A stretch of 64,000 bases of DNA from a virus. Shown piece by piece: positions 21,186-29,989 of this stretch. The stretch's first letter is position 1. Every line of letters starts with the position of its first letter. The stretch lies in IMG/VR virus record IMGVR_UViG_3300002835_000047, positions 53,887-117,886 of that record. One strand, written 5' to 3'. The notes beneath the pieces were generated by a model. That model was given only the letters and a program-made list of their open reading frames with translations. It made no database searches and was not told the DNA's origin. The position numbers and the translations under genes were made by a program.

Positions 21186-21689
21186 ATGAAAAAATATTTT
21201 ATATTCATTTTAAGTTTTTTAATTCTAAATTCTTGCTTTGTCACAAAAAGGCAAAGAGATAAAATTTGTAATGAATGTAAAACACATACCGAACATTACA
21301 CTAGAGACAGTATTTACATAAAAGATACTGTTGTAGAAATTGAACCAGATAGTTCTTATGTTGAAGCACTTCTTTTTTGTGATAGTATTGGCAACGTTCA
21401 TATGCGTGAAGTTGCTATTTTACAAGGTAGAGTAATTGACTTAAATGTAGCGCTTAAAAACAATACATTTAAGCTTAAAGCAAAAACTGATACGTTTAAA
21501 GTATATATTAAAGGATCCACTGAAGTTTACTACAAGTATATAGAAAAAAAAGTTGAAAAACCGGTTAAAGTATATAAAGAGTATTGGTGGAAATGGCCAT
21601 TAGTTATTTGGTCTGCTTTTAGCACTTTAATTTTTTTAATTACCTATAGATCAGTTTTGTTTAATTTTTTTAAACTAGTTATAAGATGA
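21186..21689 (+). CDS. Lipoprotein with C-terminal TM helix, unimolecular spanin-like
   Basis: Signal peptide II with lipobox LNSC (Cys17), beta-rich middle, C-terminal WWKWPLVIWSAFSTLIFLI helix. Confidence 0.6.
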   Translation: MKKYFIFILSFLILNSCFVTKRQRDKICNECKTHTEHYTRDSIYIKDTVVEIEPDSSYVEALLFCDSIGNVHMREVAILQGRVIDLNVALKNNTFKLKAKTDTFKVYIKGSTEVYYKYIEKKVEKPVKVYKEYWWKWPLVIWSAFSTLIFLITYRSVLFNFFKLVIR

Positions 21690-21910
21690 GCCCAAAAGAT
21701 AGACTTAGAGAGGGAACAACAACTTTTATAGGGTTGTTGTTTTTGTTATCAGCAGTTGGTATGACTGTAATGAATATTTTTTTTGAAAAAGATTTTGCCG
21801 CGTGGTCTGCAATTATTCCAATTGCGCTATTAGGCTGGGTATTTTTATGGTCAAAAAATTCAATTCTAGAAGGTATTACATTAGGTATATTTAAGGCAAA
21901 CGAAAATTAA
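21686..21910 (+). CDS. Two-TM holin-like protein
   Basis: 74 aa, two hydrophobic helices, charged termini, adjacent to the spanin-like gene. Confidence 0.5.
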   Translation: MSPKDRLREGTTTFIGLLFLLSAVGMTVMNIFFEKDFAAWSAIIPIALLGWVFLWSKNSILEGITLGIFKANEN

Positions 21911-21927
21911 AATTTTAAAGTTTAATC

Positions 21928-23454
21928 ATGCAATTAATACAAGAGATACTAGGATTACTAGAGAAAAAGGAAGCTGTTAAAACTTTAATCTCAAATCGTG
22001 ACTGGTTTGAGTTTGGAAGATTTCAGAGTAGCACCGTGAGTGGTTCTTCGTATTTCCCTAGAATGACACCACATGTAATTAGATATGATGATTTAGTTGC
22101 ATCAATTGTATCAAATATTCCGGTCAGTAGTATAACGCTAACTACTACAGGCACATCTGGTGCTGCAACATTAACTGGTACTGTATTAAATATTCCTCAA
22201 TATCAAAATACTACATATACTGCAGGTACTGGGTTAACCTTAACCGGTACTGTATTTTCTCTTACAAATGTTTCCACTCAAAGCACTAGTGATTCTGCAC
22301 TTTTAGGAAATGGTGGAGTTTTTGGTTCTGTTGAAGCGCTTACAGTTAATTCAACTGGACAAGTAACAGCTTATAATTATAGAACACATACCTTACCTAC
22401 TATAGTGGCTGGCTCGGGTATAACAGTGACTCCCAATCTTACACCTACGACATCAACCATTACAATAAGTGCTACCGGAGGATCATCTGCAAATGCATGG
22501 TACAATATTGCTGTAGCTAATAGTTCTGCTGCTGGTGGTTCTAATACACTTGTACCAGATGCTGTTCAAGATACTTTAACCTTTGCCGGGGGAACCGGTA
22601 TAGAAGTTTCTACTTTAGATACTGGTGGAACTCTTGATAGAGTTGTAATTACAAATACAGGTGTGACAAGTTTTGGAGGCTCAACCGGTTCAATAACTTT
22701 GGGCTCAGGTCTTACTTTAAGTGGTGGTGCATTAAGTACTACAGGTGGAAGTGGAACTGTTACATCTATTCAACTTGTAATGCCAACTGGGTTTTCTGTG
22801 TCAACGCCAAATCCTATTACTACATCTGGCATATTTGACGTTACATTGAATTTAAACCCTGGTATTGTATCAGTTGTTGCTGGTGAATTAACTAATGCTG
22901 TAATTGGTACTGGTCTTAATTATAATGCGGGTACTAATACATTATCTAGCACTATTGTAAGTTGTTTAGATAATAAGTATGATACTTACAATATGGTTGT
23001 AGACAAAGGAAATGATGCAACTATGGTATCAAATGCAAATGGGGTATTAGGATTTAAAGCTACGGCTGCAAATTTAGAATATAATTTAGTGCTTACATTA
23101 ACTTATCAAGGTGTTAATGGTACAACCAATTATACGGAAACACATGTCAGTATGCCTGTTCACTTTAGAAAATCATCTACAAGTGGAAGTAATGTTATTG
23201 CTCCATTTACACATTTAGTACAATGGGATGATTATGTATTTATTCCCCATGAAGATACCGGTCGTAGTGCAACAAGAACATACTCCTGGACTGTTAAAAA
23301 TTTAGCTTTAAATGACGCTATTTCAATATGGGTAGGTGGTACGCCTACTTATAATGGTACTGGCGATATAAAAGTTAAAAAGGCAAATTTGTCAATAACT
23401 GTAGCATCTTGTGAAGCATTCGGTACTAACATAGCACCAATAACTGTAGCATAA
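21928..23454 (+). CDS. Tail/capsid fibre-like protein
   Basis: Thr/Gly/Ser-rich repeats (AGTGLTLTG, AGSGITV, GGTGIEV, LGSGLTL, IGTGLNY) and a beta-rich C-terminal head. Confidence 0.75.
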   Translation: MQLIQEILGLLEKKEAVKTLISNRDWFEFGRFQSSTVSGSSYFPRMTPHVIRYDDLVASIVSNIPVSSITLTTTGTSGAATLTGTVLNIPQYQNTTYTAGTGLTLTGTVFSLTNVSTQSTSDSALLGNGGVFGSVEALTVNSTGQVTAYNYRTHTLPTIVAGSGITVTPNLTPTTSTITISATGGSSANAWYNIAVANSSAAGGSNTLVPDAVQDTLTFAGGTGIEVSTLDTGGTLDRVVITNTGVTSFGGSTGSITLGSGLTLSGGALSTTGGSGTVTSIQLVMPTGFSVSTPNPITTSGIFDVTLNLNPGIVSVVAGELTNAVIGTGLNYNAGTNTLSSTIVSCLDNKYDTYNMVVDKGNDATMVSNANGVLGFKATAANLEYNLVLTLTYQGVNGTTNYTETHVSMPVHFRKSSTSGSNVIAPFTHLVQWDDYVFIPHEDTGRSATRTYSWTVKNLALNDAISIWVGGTPTYNGTGDIKVKKANLSITVASCEAFGTNIAPITVA

Positions 23455-23455
23455 T

Positions 23456-23755
23456 ATGGAACCTAAACTTAAAAATGCAGGTGTTAGTGGTTATAATAAA
23501 CCAAAAGCAACACCATCACATCCAACTAAATCTCACATTGTAGTTGCTAAGGAAGGTGAAAAGACTAAAACTATACGCTTTGGGCAACAGGGTGTCAAAA
23601 CTAATCAAACTGTTGGCCAGAGAGAGGCATTTAAGTCAAGGCATGCTAAGAATATTTCAAAAGGTAGAATGAGTGCTGCATATTGGGCTGATAAAGTAAA
23701 ATGGGCTCCTAGTAAAACAGCATCTCCAAGTAAAAAATGGAAAAAAGGTAGCTGA
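23456..23755 (+). CDS. Basic phage protein (KTIRFGQQG...FKSRH...SAAYWA type)
   Basis: Motif of a widespread uncharacterised viral family, recognised by eye. Confidence 0.7.
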   Translation: MEPKLKNAGVSGYNKPKATPSHPTKSHIVVAKEGEKTKTIRFGQQGVKTNQTVGQREAFKSRHAKNISKGRMSAAYWADKVKWAPSKTASPSKKWKKGS

Positions 23756-24094
23756 TTATTTCAAAATCTCCAAAATATAAATGGAGTTGTTTGTCTTAAA
23801 TCTAATTTTATCTTTTGTAACGTAAAACAACTCTGTGATTGGCGTTGTAAGCCATGTGAATGCTATTCCTGGGTCTAACAATAGAGATCTACCTACTGCA
23901 GGTTCCGTATAAAAAACAGAATCTTTTCTTTGGTTTAAACTAACCCACTTAATCTTATATCCTACTTTAGTTAAGCCGTCAGATTCTCGTGTAAGTTTGT
24001 ACTTAAGTTTTTTGGGTTTTTGTAAATTATGTCTATCCTGCTCTAAAGCGCCGGCTATTTTTGGATTTGATCTTGATTTTTTTTCTATTGTCAT
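23756..24094 (-). CDS. Hypothetical protein
   Basis: Last gene of the long minus-strand block; converges on the late block. Confidence 0.65.
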   Translation of the reverse strand: MTIEKKSRSNPKIAGALEQDRHNLQKPKKLKYKLTRESDGLTKVGYKIKWVSLNQRKDSVFYTEPAVGRSLLLDPGIAFTWLTTPITELFYVTKDKIRFKTNNSIYILEILK

Positions 24095-24108
24095 AACTAT
24101 TAAAGTTT

Positions 24109-24158
24109 AAGAGAGCCCGGGTAGAAACTAAAAAACTACCCGGGGTTGGTTCTCTCTT
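24109..24158. other. Intergenic hairpin (AAGAGAG/CTCTCTT plus CCCGGGTAG/CTACCCGGG); terminator or processing site
   Basis: Two stacked inverted repeats, 7 and 9 bp. Confidence 0.55.
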
Positions 24159-24234
24159 TATTAAAACTTAGGTTTTCTAATTACGTTTATAATTATGAAT
24201 AAACCTATAAGTAGAATTATTACAGCTTTGACCA

Positions 24235-25089
24235 TTAAAGTTCAAAAGAAGGATTTTCAATAATGGCATCTATATTAACACTAACGCTATTGGATTCAAG
24301 ATCTACATTGTTTACATCTATAACGTTATAGGTGTCTTTAGTATTTATATTAGTATTACTTAGTAATTCTGTTGTAATAAATTTATGAAACTCTTTACTA
24401 TTATATAACCAGCTTCTAGGGTGTGTTTTCTTTAAAGCCAAAGTAACATGATTATATAAGGCCCAGGCATTATCATTACTTACATTATAGTTGAATGAGC
24501 TTTTTTTCATTTCATCTTTAATCATTGATAATTGACTGGGCTCTAAAATATCTTTTTCGTAGTAAAGTCTGCCAATAAGTTCTGCTTGTTCTCTTTTTGA
24601 GAGTGTAATTTTTTTCAGTTCATTTTTATCATTTACAATATTTTTAAATGTATTTACAGAACCTAAAATTTGACTTTCAATTTGAGATATAATTTCTAAA
24701 TCTGCAGTGCCGGTATGTTTTCTAGCAAAGTTTATTTCTCCACCAACAATATTGCTAGATGATAAAAAAACATATGCTCCAACTGAGCACTGAAATCTAA
24801 TAGATTTATCATAGGAATTTGTCCAAGCAAACATTATACCGATATCCGGATCTTGGTCACTACTATTATAATTTAAAGGTGCTAGATGATAAATACCTTG
24901 GGCAACATTACCACCTTGATTACATATATAAGTTTCTTTTTTAATTGTGTAGTTAGAACTGTTTAAGTTTTCTATTACATTATCAATGACAAATTTATGT
25001 GGTATAACTGTGTATGATTCGGCATGCTTTGGAAGACTTGCATTTTCTAAATAAATTTTAGAAACCTCCCTTGATTTTTGGTATCCCAT
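24235..25089 (-). CDS. DUF932/DUF945-like protein
   Basis: YTVIPH, NSYDKS...GAYVFLSS, RKHTG, N-AW-LYN pattern. Confidence 0.65.
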   Translation of the reverse strand: MGYQKSREVSKIYLENASLPKHAESYTVIPHKFVIDNVIENLNSSNYTIKKETYICNQGGNVAQGIYHLAPLNYNSSDQDPDIGIMFAWTNSYDKSIRFQCSVGAYVFLSSSNIVGGEINFARKHTGTADLEIISQIESQILGSVNTFKNIVNDKNELKKITLSKREQAELIGRLYYEKDILEPSQLSMIKDEMKKSSFNYNVSNDNAWALYNHVTLALKKTHPRSWLYNSKEFHKFITTELLSNTNINTKDTYNVIDVNNVDLESNSVSVNIDAIIENPSFEL

Positions 25090-25134
25090 TTTTAAATTTT
25101 TATAAAGTTAACTAATAATACTGAAATAAACAAA

Positions 25135-25965
25135 TTAAAATATATATCTAATTGTTTTTGGATCAAAGTATTTAGAATATATACTTACAAACTTGTTTAA
25201 AAGTTTATACTTATAGCTCAAAGGATATCTCATTATACCCTGTTTGTTTTTTACTTCTGAGCTATATTTCATTAATTCCTGAGCTTGATTGTCAGACCGG
25301 CTCATTTGATTTTTATGATTTGTTAAAGCAATTACCTCACATTTATTTTCTCCGGCGTTTAATTTAACTTCCTTAAATAAATTATCATAATGATTTTCCC
25401 AACCAGGATAAAAAATTACAGGACTATAGTTACAGTGCACTTCCCAACCTAAATTTTTAAGTCTGTTAATATCAAAAATTCTTTCAGATATTTTTTGCAT
25501 CTTGGGCTCTAATACATCAGAATAAATTTGAGGCATTAAACTAACTCTTACTCTAGGTTTTTTATTAAAATGATTTACATCAATATTTAATAAAGACGGA
25601 TACTTTGTTGCCATTGTACTATTTAATCTAGGATGGTCATCATATCTTTTAAGATATTTAATTAAAGGTTCAGGCATATGTTTTTGCATTAAAACAAGAT
25701 CTGTATTACATGCTATATCAACCATAGTGTAAACTGGATCTTGTTGATCCGGGATTTTAGTAAAACTTTTTTCCCATTCTATTACTGAGTTAAATATATC
25801 ATCAACATTTTTATTTACAAAAACATTATTGTTATATCTAGACATGTAGCAATAACTATTAACACAACCTCCAAAACAACCGTAAATTATATTTGGTGCA
25901 ATACAATTAGCACTATTATTATTATCTTTAGTTACAAGTGTTTTAGTATTTTGAACTTTAATCAT
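25135..25965 (-). CDS. Spore photoproduct lyase-like radical SAM protein
   Basis: GCFGGCVNSYCY (variant spacing of the Cys triad), DIACNTD, RVRVSLMP, HCNYSPVI, C-terminal MRY. Confidence 0.7.
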   Translation of the reverse strand: MIKVQNTKTLVTKDNNNSANCIAPNIIYGCFGGCVNSYCYMSRYNNNVFVNKNVDDIFNSVIEWEKSFTKIPDQQDPVYTMVDIACNTDLVLMQKHMPEPLIKYLKRYDDHPRLNSTMATKYPSLLNIDVNHFNKKPRVRVSLMPQIYSDVLEPKMQKISERIFDINRLKNLGWEVHCNYSPVIFYPGWENHYDNLFKEVKLNAGENKCEVIALTNHKNQMSRSDNQAQELMKYSSEVKNKQGIMRYPLSYKYKLLNKFVSIYSKYFDPKTIRYIF

Positions 25966-25978
25966 TTATAGATTGTTC

Positions 25979-26350
25979 TTAAAGTATTTCAGATTGTATT
26001 TGATTACGCCAATTACAAGGCTCTGGAGATTTTATTGCTAATTCAGCTAACTTTTTATCGTTTGTTACTGATAGTATAGACACATAGCAATTTTCTCTTT
26101 GTGTCATTAAAAGATTTTCAACTTCTTTTTCTGTATAAATTTTGTTTTCACAGGGTTTGGGCCGGTTGTCGTTGATGTAACCATTTGAATTCTCAAAGTA
26201 GATTTCATTGCCTTCGGTATCCCGTTCAAACTTTGCCCAATCTCCATCTGAATCCTCTAAGTAGATTAGTCTACCATTTTTATCTTTAATTACCAAAGTT
26301 CCATTTACTTCAAAGTCCCATTTGATTTGTTGTCCTATTGTCTGTGTCAT
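25979..26350 (-). CDS. YxEDSNG-repeat protein, paralog 1
   Basis: MTQTIGQQIKWDF...YLEDSDG...YFENSNG...DNRPKP, then an unrelated C-terminus. Confidence 0.75.
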   Translation of the reverse strand: MTQTIGQQIKWDFEVNGTLVIKDKNGRLIYLEDSDGDWAKFERDTEGNEIYFENSNGYINDNRPKPCENKIYTEKEVENLLMTQRENCYVSILSVTNDKKLAELAIKSPEPCNWRNQIQSEIL

Positions 26351-26365
26351 ACTTTAACGCATTGG

Positions 26366-26731
26366 TTATTTGATTGTGTTGGATTCGTTTACTTGATTTA
26401 CAAATCGGGTCATAAGTTCACTCAATTTGTGGACATCCTCAGCAAGTGATTCAAGGGTCAATTCACGAATTGGTTTGGGCCGGTTGTCTTCAATTAAACC
26501 ATTTGAATCTTCATAGTATATTTGATTACCTTCAGAATTGTATTCCTGCTTTTCCCAATATCCATCTGAATTTTCATAGTAAATTGTATTGCCTTGAGAA
26601 TCGTATTTATACTTTTCATAAAATCCAGTTGGATCCTCAAAGTAGATGTTTTTACCATTCTTGCCTTTGATTTCTAAAAAACCATCGGTCTTAAAATCCC
26701 AGTTAATTTGTTGTGCTATTGTTTGTGTCAT
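26366..26731 (-). CDS. YxEDSNG-repeat protein, paralog 2
   Basis: MTQTIAQQINWDF...; three repeat units; ends DNRPKP plus a coiled coil. Confidence 0.75.
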   Translation of the reverse strand: MTQTIAQQINWDFKTDGFLEIKGKNGKNIYFEDPTGFYEKYKYDSQGNTIYYENSDGYWEKQEYNSEGNQIYYEDSNGLIEDNRPKPIRELTLESLAEDVHKLSELMTRFVNQVNESNTIK

Positions 26732-27003
26732 TTTATTATTTTTATTTCAGATTCGGTTTCAATTACAACTCTTGCGCCACATGATATTAATGGTTTTGTT
26801 TCAGTTCCTGAACCACAATAAATAATTTTACTTGGACCCATAATTTCAACTTCATTACAATATGTGTTTTTTCTACCTTGTTTCACAGTAATGACAGGTA
26901 AATCAGTTCCCTTTGTTTTGTTAGACCTTATGTGGTGTTGGTTAACGTGAATTTTTGTTTTCATTCGTGGTTCAATAAGAATTTGTTGTCCTATTGTTTT
27001 CAT
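26728..27003 (-). CDS. Hypothetical protein (KIHVNQH..R.N...PVITVK type)
   Basis: Recognisable phage family core, with an MKTIGQQI N-terminal extension. Confidence 0.7.
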   Translation of the reverse strand: MKTIGQQILIEPRMKTKIHVNQHHIRSNKTKGTDLPVITVKQGRKNTYCNEVEIMGPSKIIYCGSGTETKPLISCGARVVIETESEIKIIK

Positions 27004-27015
27004 ACTTTGGTTGGT

Positions 27016-27525
27016 TTAATTCCAGTCAATTTTAGGACAGTACTTGTAATAGGTTGCTTTAACCATTTCAACAATGATATTAGAACGTTTTTCTTCTTTC
27101 GGTAGATTTCTTCTTTTTCTTTCTTTTATTTTTTTTCCGAGGTAATAAATAAACGAAGAAACACCAATAATTAAACCTCCGGCCCATGCAGCAAAACCAA
27201 TCTCAATTAAACTTTTTAAAAAAGAACCTTTAACCGGTGTGTACCAAAATAACATAATGGGACTGAGAGCTGCAATTAGACATACAATTGAAGCAGAAAA
27301 AATAATCCAACAAACGAAACCAAGACCAATTCTATGACCAAGTGATTCGTTACACGAATTTTTATCTATAATAATATAAGGAAAAGAAATAATAAATAGT
27401 GGAATTACGAATACATAAGCCATTACCAATTTCCAAAAGTATGGACATAAATTGGTTGGAAGTTCACTTGTTCCGTAAAACCAACGGAAGAGTTTTGCTG
27501 AGATTGAGTTTTTGTTGAGTTTCAT
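27016..27525 (-). CDS. Membrane protein, paralog of 60911-61399
   Basis: Shares MKLN.NS.SAKL.RWFY...PTNLCPYFWKLV and NIIVEMVKA.Y.KYCPKI.W. Confidence 0.8.
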   Translation of the reverse strand: MKLNKNSISAKLFRWFYGTSELPTNLCPYFWKLVMAYVFVIPLFIISFPYIIIDKNSCNESLGHRIGLGFVCWIIFSASIVCLIAALSPIMLFWYTPVKGSFLKSLIEIGFAAWAGGLIIGVSSFIYYLGKKIKERKRRNLPKEEKRSNIIVEMVKATYYKYCPKIDWN

Positions 27526-27569
27526 ATTTTTACTAGTTTAAATTTTTCATCACCAATGTTTTCATACTT

Positions 27570-28226
27570 TCATTTTTTATTTTGTAATTCTTTTAAATAA
27601 TCTATATAATCATCCAAATCCATTATTGTATTAAAAGTAGGCTCAATTGCTTTGATTTGTTTAATAGTATCTATTTCTTTACCAGATCTGTAATAATGAG
27701 TCTCAATAGCATCTGCTAAGTCTTGAATGTATTTTGGTGCAGCAACTGAGATTCTTAAATCATACCAAGACCATTTTGTTTTATAATCTGTGAATGTAAT
27801 TCCTTTAGTTAGTTTTCTATGTAAGTTGTGTAGTGTCCTATTACGAACTCTTACAATAGAATTATCGTTACCAAATACTTGAAGGAATCTAAGAAACCAA
27901 CGTGGGCACCACCAAGGTTTTGCCTCATAATCCATAGCTAAAACCAATGGAACCATAACTTTATGATAGTTATTGTAATCAGGCACAGAACCTAAATAAC
28001 CATACTTTTCAGAAAATCTTCTAGGAAAGAAAATATAACGGATATCATCCCACTCTACATCACGAGTATGAATTATACCTTTCTTTCTACTTCTCCAAAA
28101 TAAGAGAGATTGTCCAAAGTCTTTGACTTTATCAATAAGTGTACGATTGTCCTTAAAAGGACCAAATTTACTTTTTTTCATAGCAAAAGGGTCTGAATCA
28201 TATAAGTCAGGATTAATTTGTGTCAT
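27570..28226 (-). CDS. Hypothetical protein
   Basis: 218 aa ORF in the operon. Confidence 0.7.
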   Translation of the reverse strand: MTQINPDLYDSDPFAMKKSKFGPFKDNRTLIDKVKDFGQSLLFWRSRKKGIIHTRDVEWDDIRYIFFPRRFSEKYGYLGSVPDYNNYHKVMVPLVLAMDYEAKPWWCPRWFLRFLQVFGNDNSIVRVRNRTLHNLHRKLTKGITFTDYKTKWSWYDLRISVAAPKYIQDLADAIETHYYRSGKEIDTIKQIKAIEPTFNTIMDLDDYIDYLKELQNKK

Positions 28227-28866
28227 TATTATTTAAAATTTCAAGTAAAGATTTAATTTTAGATTTTAATTTTTTTAAATCACCGTCATTTTCAATAACA
28301 TAATCAAAGTCATATCCATCTAAAGCTGTTTCACTTGGATGATCATTAATAACTTTAACTATATGGTTGCTATGACTAGGGCGGTTAACCCTAATCACAA
28401 TACCACCTTTTTCTTTGATTGCTTTAAACTCATTTGGAAATCTAACATCTGTAATAATCCAATACTGATCTTTTGTATAATCTGAAAAGAGAGCATTTAC
28501 CCAAACATTTTCATGAAGACCATTTCGCATAGCTTCTGTTCCAAGTTTTTGTAATAAATCTCTTACAGACATCATCTCAATAACTGTAATATCTTTAAAA
28601 GGTTCAATTGCACTGAGGGGATTTTGTTTATTAGGCTTACCCCATTCAGATCCAAGAATTGTTTTTTTAAATTCTTGATCTTCAAACTTTTCTATGGGAA
28701 TTCCAGTAAGTAAACTAGCAACTGCTTTTAATTTACCGGCAAATTTCATATTTTGCCAAACCTTACCATTAGGTAATGTATAAGTTTCTTTAATGATATT
28801 ATAAATAGTGTCTTTACCAGAACCTATTTTGCCGCTAATCCCTATTAATTTTAACTTGTTTTTCAT
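28213..28866 (-). CDS. Deoxynucleoside monophosphate kinase
   Basis: GISGKIGSGKDT P-loop, RDLLQKLGTE, ITDVRFPNE, HPSE motifs. Confidence 0.9.
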   Translation of the reverse strand: MKNKLKLIGISGKIGSGKDTIYNIIKETYTLPNGKVWQNMKFAGKLKAVASLLTGIPIEKFEDQEFKKTILGSEWGKPNKQNPLSAIEPFKDITVIEMMSVRDLLQKLGTEAMRNGLHENVWVNALFSDYTKDQYWIITDVRFPNEFKAIKEKGGIVIRVNRPSHSNHIVKVINDHPSETALDGYDFDYVIENDGDLKKLKSKIKSLLEILNNNDTN

Positions 28867-29242
28867 TGTTTATAACCGTTTTAATTTCAGTTAAAATTTT
28901 ATCCATTTGTTCTGAAATTAGTTTATTTACTTTATTTGTGCTTCCAGGCACATAACACTCACTCAAAACTCGATATGTTGATTTTAATTCATTTAATTTT
29001 GCTTCATGTTCAGGAGTTTTTTTTTCTTCTGTATGATTTTTATGCTTAATTTCTATAGCGTCATCTAAAGAAAAATCCATTCCTTTTTCATGCAGCTTTG
29101 CAAAAACATCTTGAATAGTTGCTACAGTTGTCAAGTCGTCAATATAAATATTACTCATTACAAGAGCTGTTTTTACAAACTCAGGTTTCAGGGTCCTTAA
29201 TGGATATGTTGTTTTCATGTCTGTATTGAAGTTCTTTATCAA
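28835..29242 (-). CDS. Hypothetical protein (likely start at ATG 29218)
   Basis: ORF track; coiled-coil C-terminus. Confidence 0.6.
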   Translation of the reverse strand: MIKNFNTDMKTTYPLRTLKPEFVKTALVMSNIYIDDLTTVATIQDVFAKLHEKGMDFSLDDAIEIKHKNHTEEKKTPEHEAKLNELKSTYRVLSECYVPGSTNKVNKLISEQMDKILTEIKTVINNEKQVKINRD

Positions 29243-29591
29243 TAAGTTTTAAGTGCCATTCATCACCACCATATGCCAAAACAGATTTAAGATGTTCATC
29301 AGTCATTTCAGCAAGTGTTAACCAGGTAAGTGGTTCTTTGCCATTCTTACCTCTTGAGCCACGTGTAGCATACAGCCTTACCTTTTCAAAAGGTTCATCT
29401 GCATATACTACAAAGGGCTTAATTAATTTTAAGTCTAAAGCGCCGTAGCGCAAATACGTTGTACCACCATCAATACTTGCCATGTTACTACAACCACAAG
29501 TTTTGTAATCATGACGATGATAACTAACAATGGTTGTAGAACATATTGAGCAAGTAAGTGAATTATATACAATTTGTCTATTCTCAATCAT
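29181..29591 (-). CDS. Zn-finger-like protein
   Basis: CSIC...HRHDYKTCGC...IDGG. Confidence 0.7.
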   Translation of the reverse strand: MIENRQIVYNSLTCSICSTTIVSYHRHDYKTCGCSNMASIDGGTTYLRYGALDLKLIKPFVVYADEPFEKVRLYATRGSRGKNGKEPLTWLTLAEMTDEHLKSVLAYGGDEWHLKLIDKELQYRHENNISIKDPET

Positions 29592-29685
29592 TAAATTGAT
29601 ACTAGAAAAGATAAAGAAAACATTACAAGCAAATAAATTATTAAATAAATAGCCTGTTTAAGATCATGTTTTAAAAAATCATTCA

Positions 29686-29988
29686 TTATTTATCTTTTAC
29701 AAATTGGCCATTTACCATTTTACCGGTACGTTTACTTATTACATTATAAGCAGACTCAAGGCAATCTTCTAATTTAAGATTTTGCATTTTAGCCTGGATA
29801 ATTAAAGTAACCATGATATCGCCCATTGAATCAATGATTTCATCACGGTCATTTGTGTTTACTGCTCTACAAAACTCTGTGGTTTCTTCCAAAGTTTTGA
29901 GAGCTTGAGCCATAGGTGTAGCCTTTGATAAGATCCCTTTTTCAGAGGCCCATTCTTCTACAGCACATTCTAATTCAAAATAATCCAT
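29686..29988 (-). CDS. MazG-like nucleotide pyrophosphohydrolase
   Basis: KTLEETTE, IIDSMGDIMVTL, ISKRTGKMVNGQFVK. Confidence 0.85.
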   Translation of the reverse strand: MDYFELECAVEEWASEKGILSKATPMAQALKTLEETTEFCRAVNTNDRDEIIDSMGDIMVTLIIQAKMQNLKLEDCLESAYNVISKRTGKMVNGQFVKDK

Positions 29989-29989
29989 A

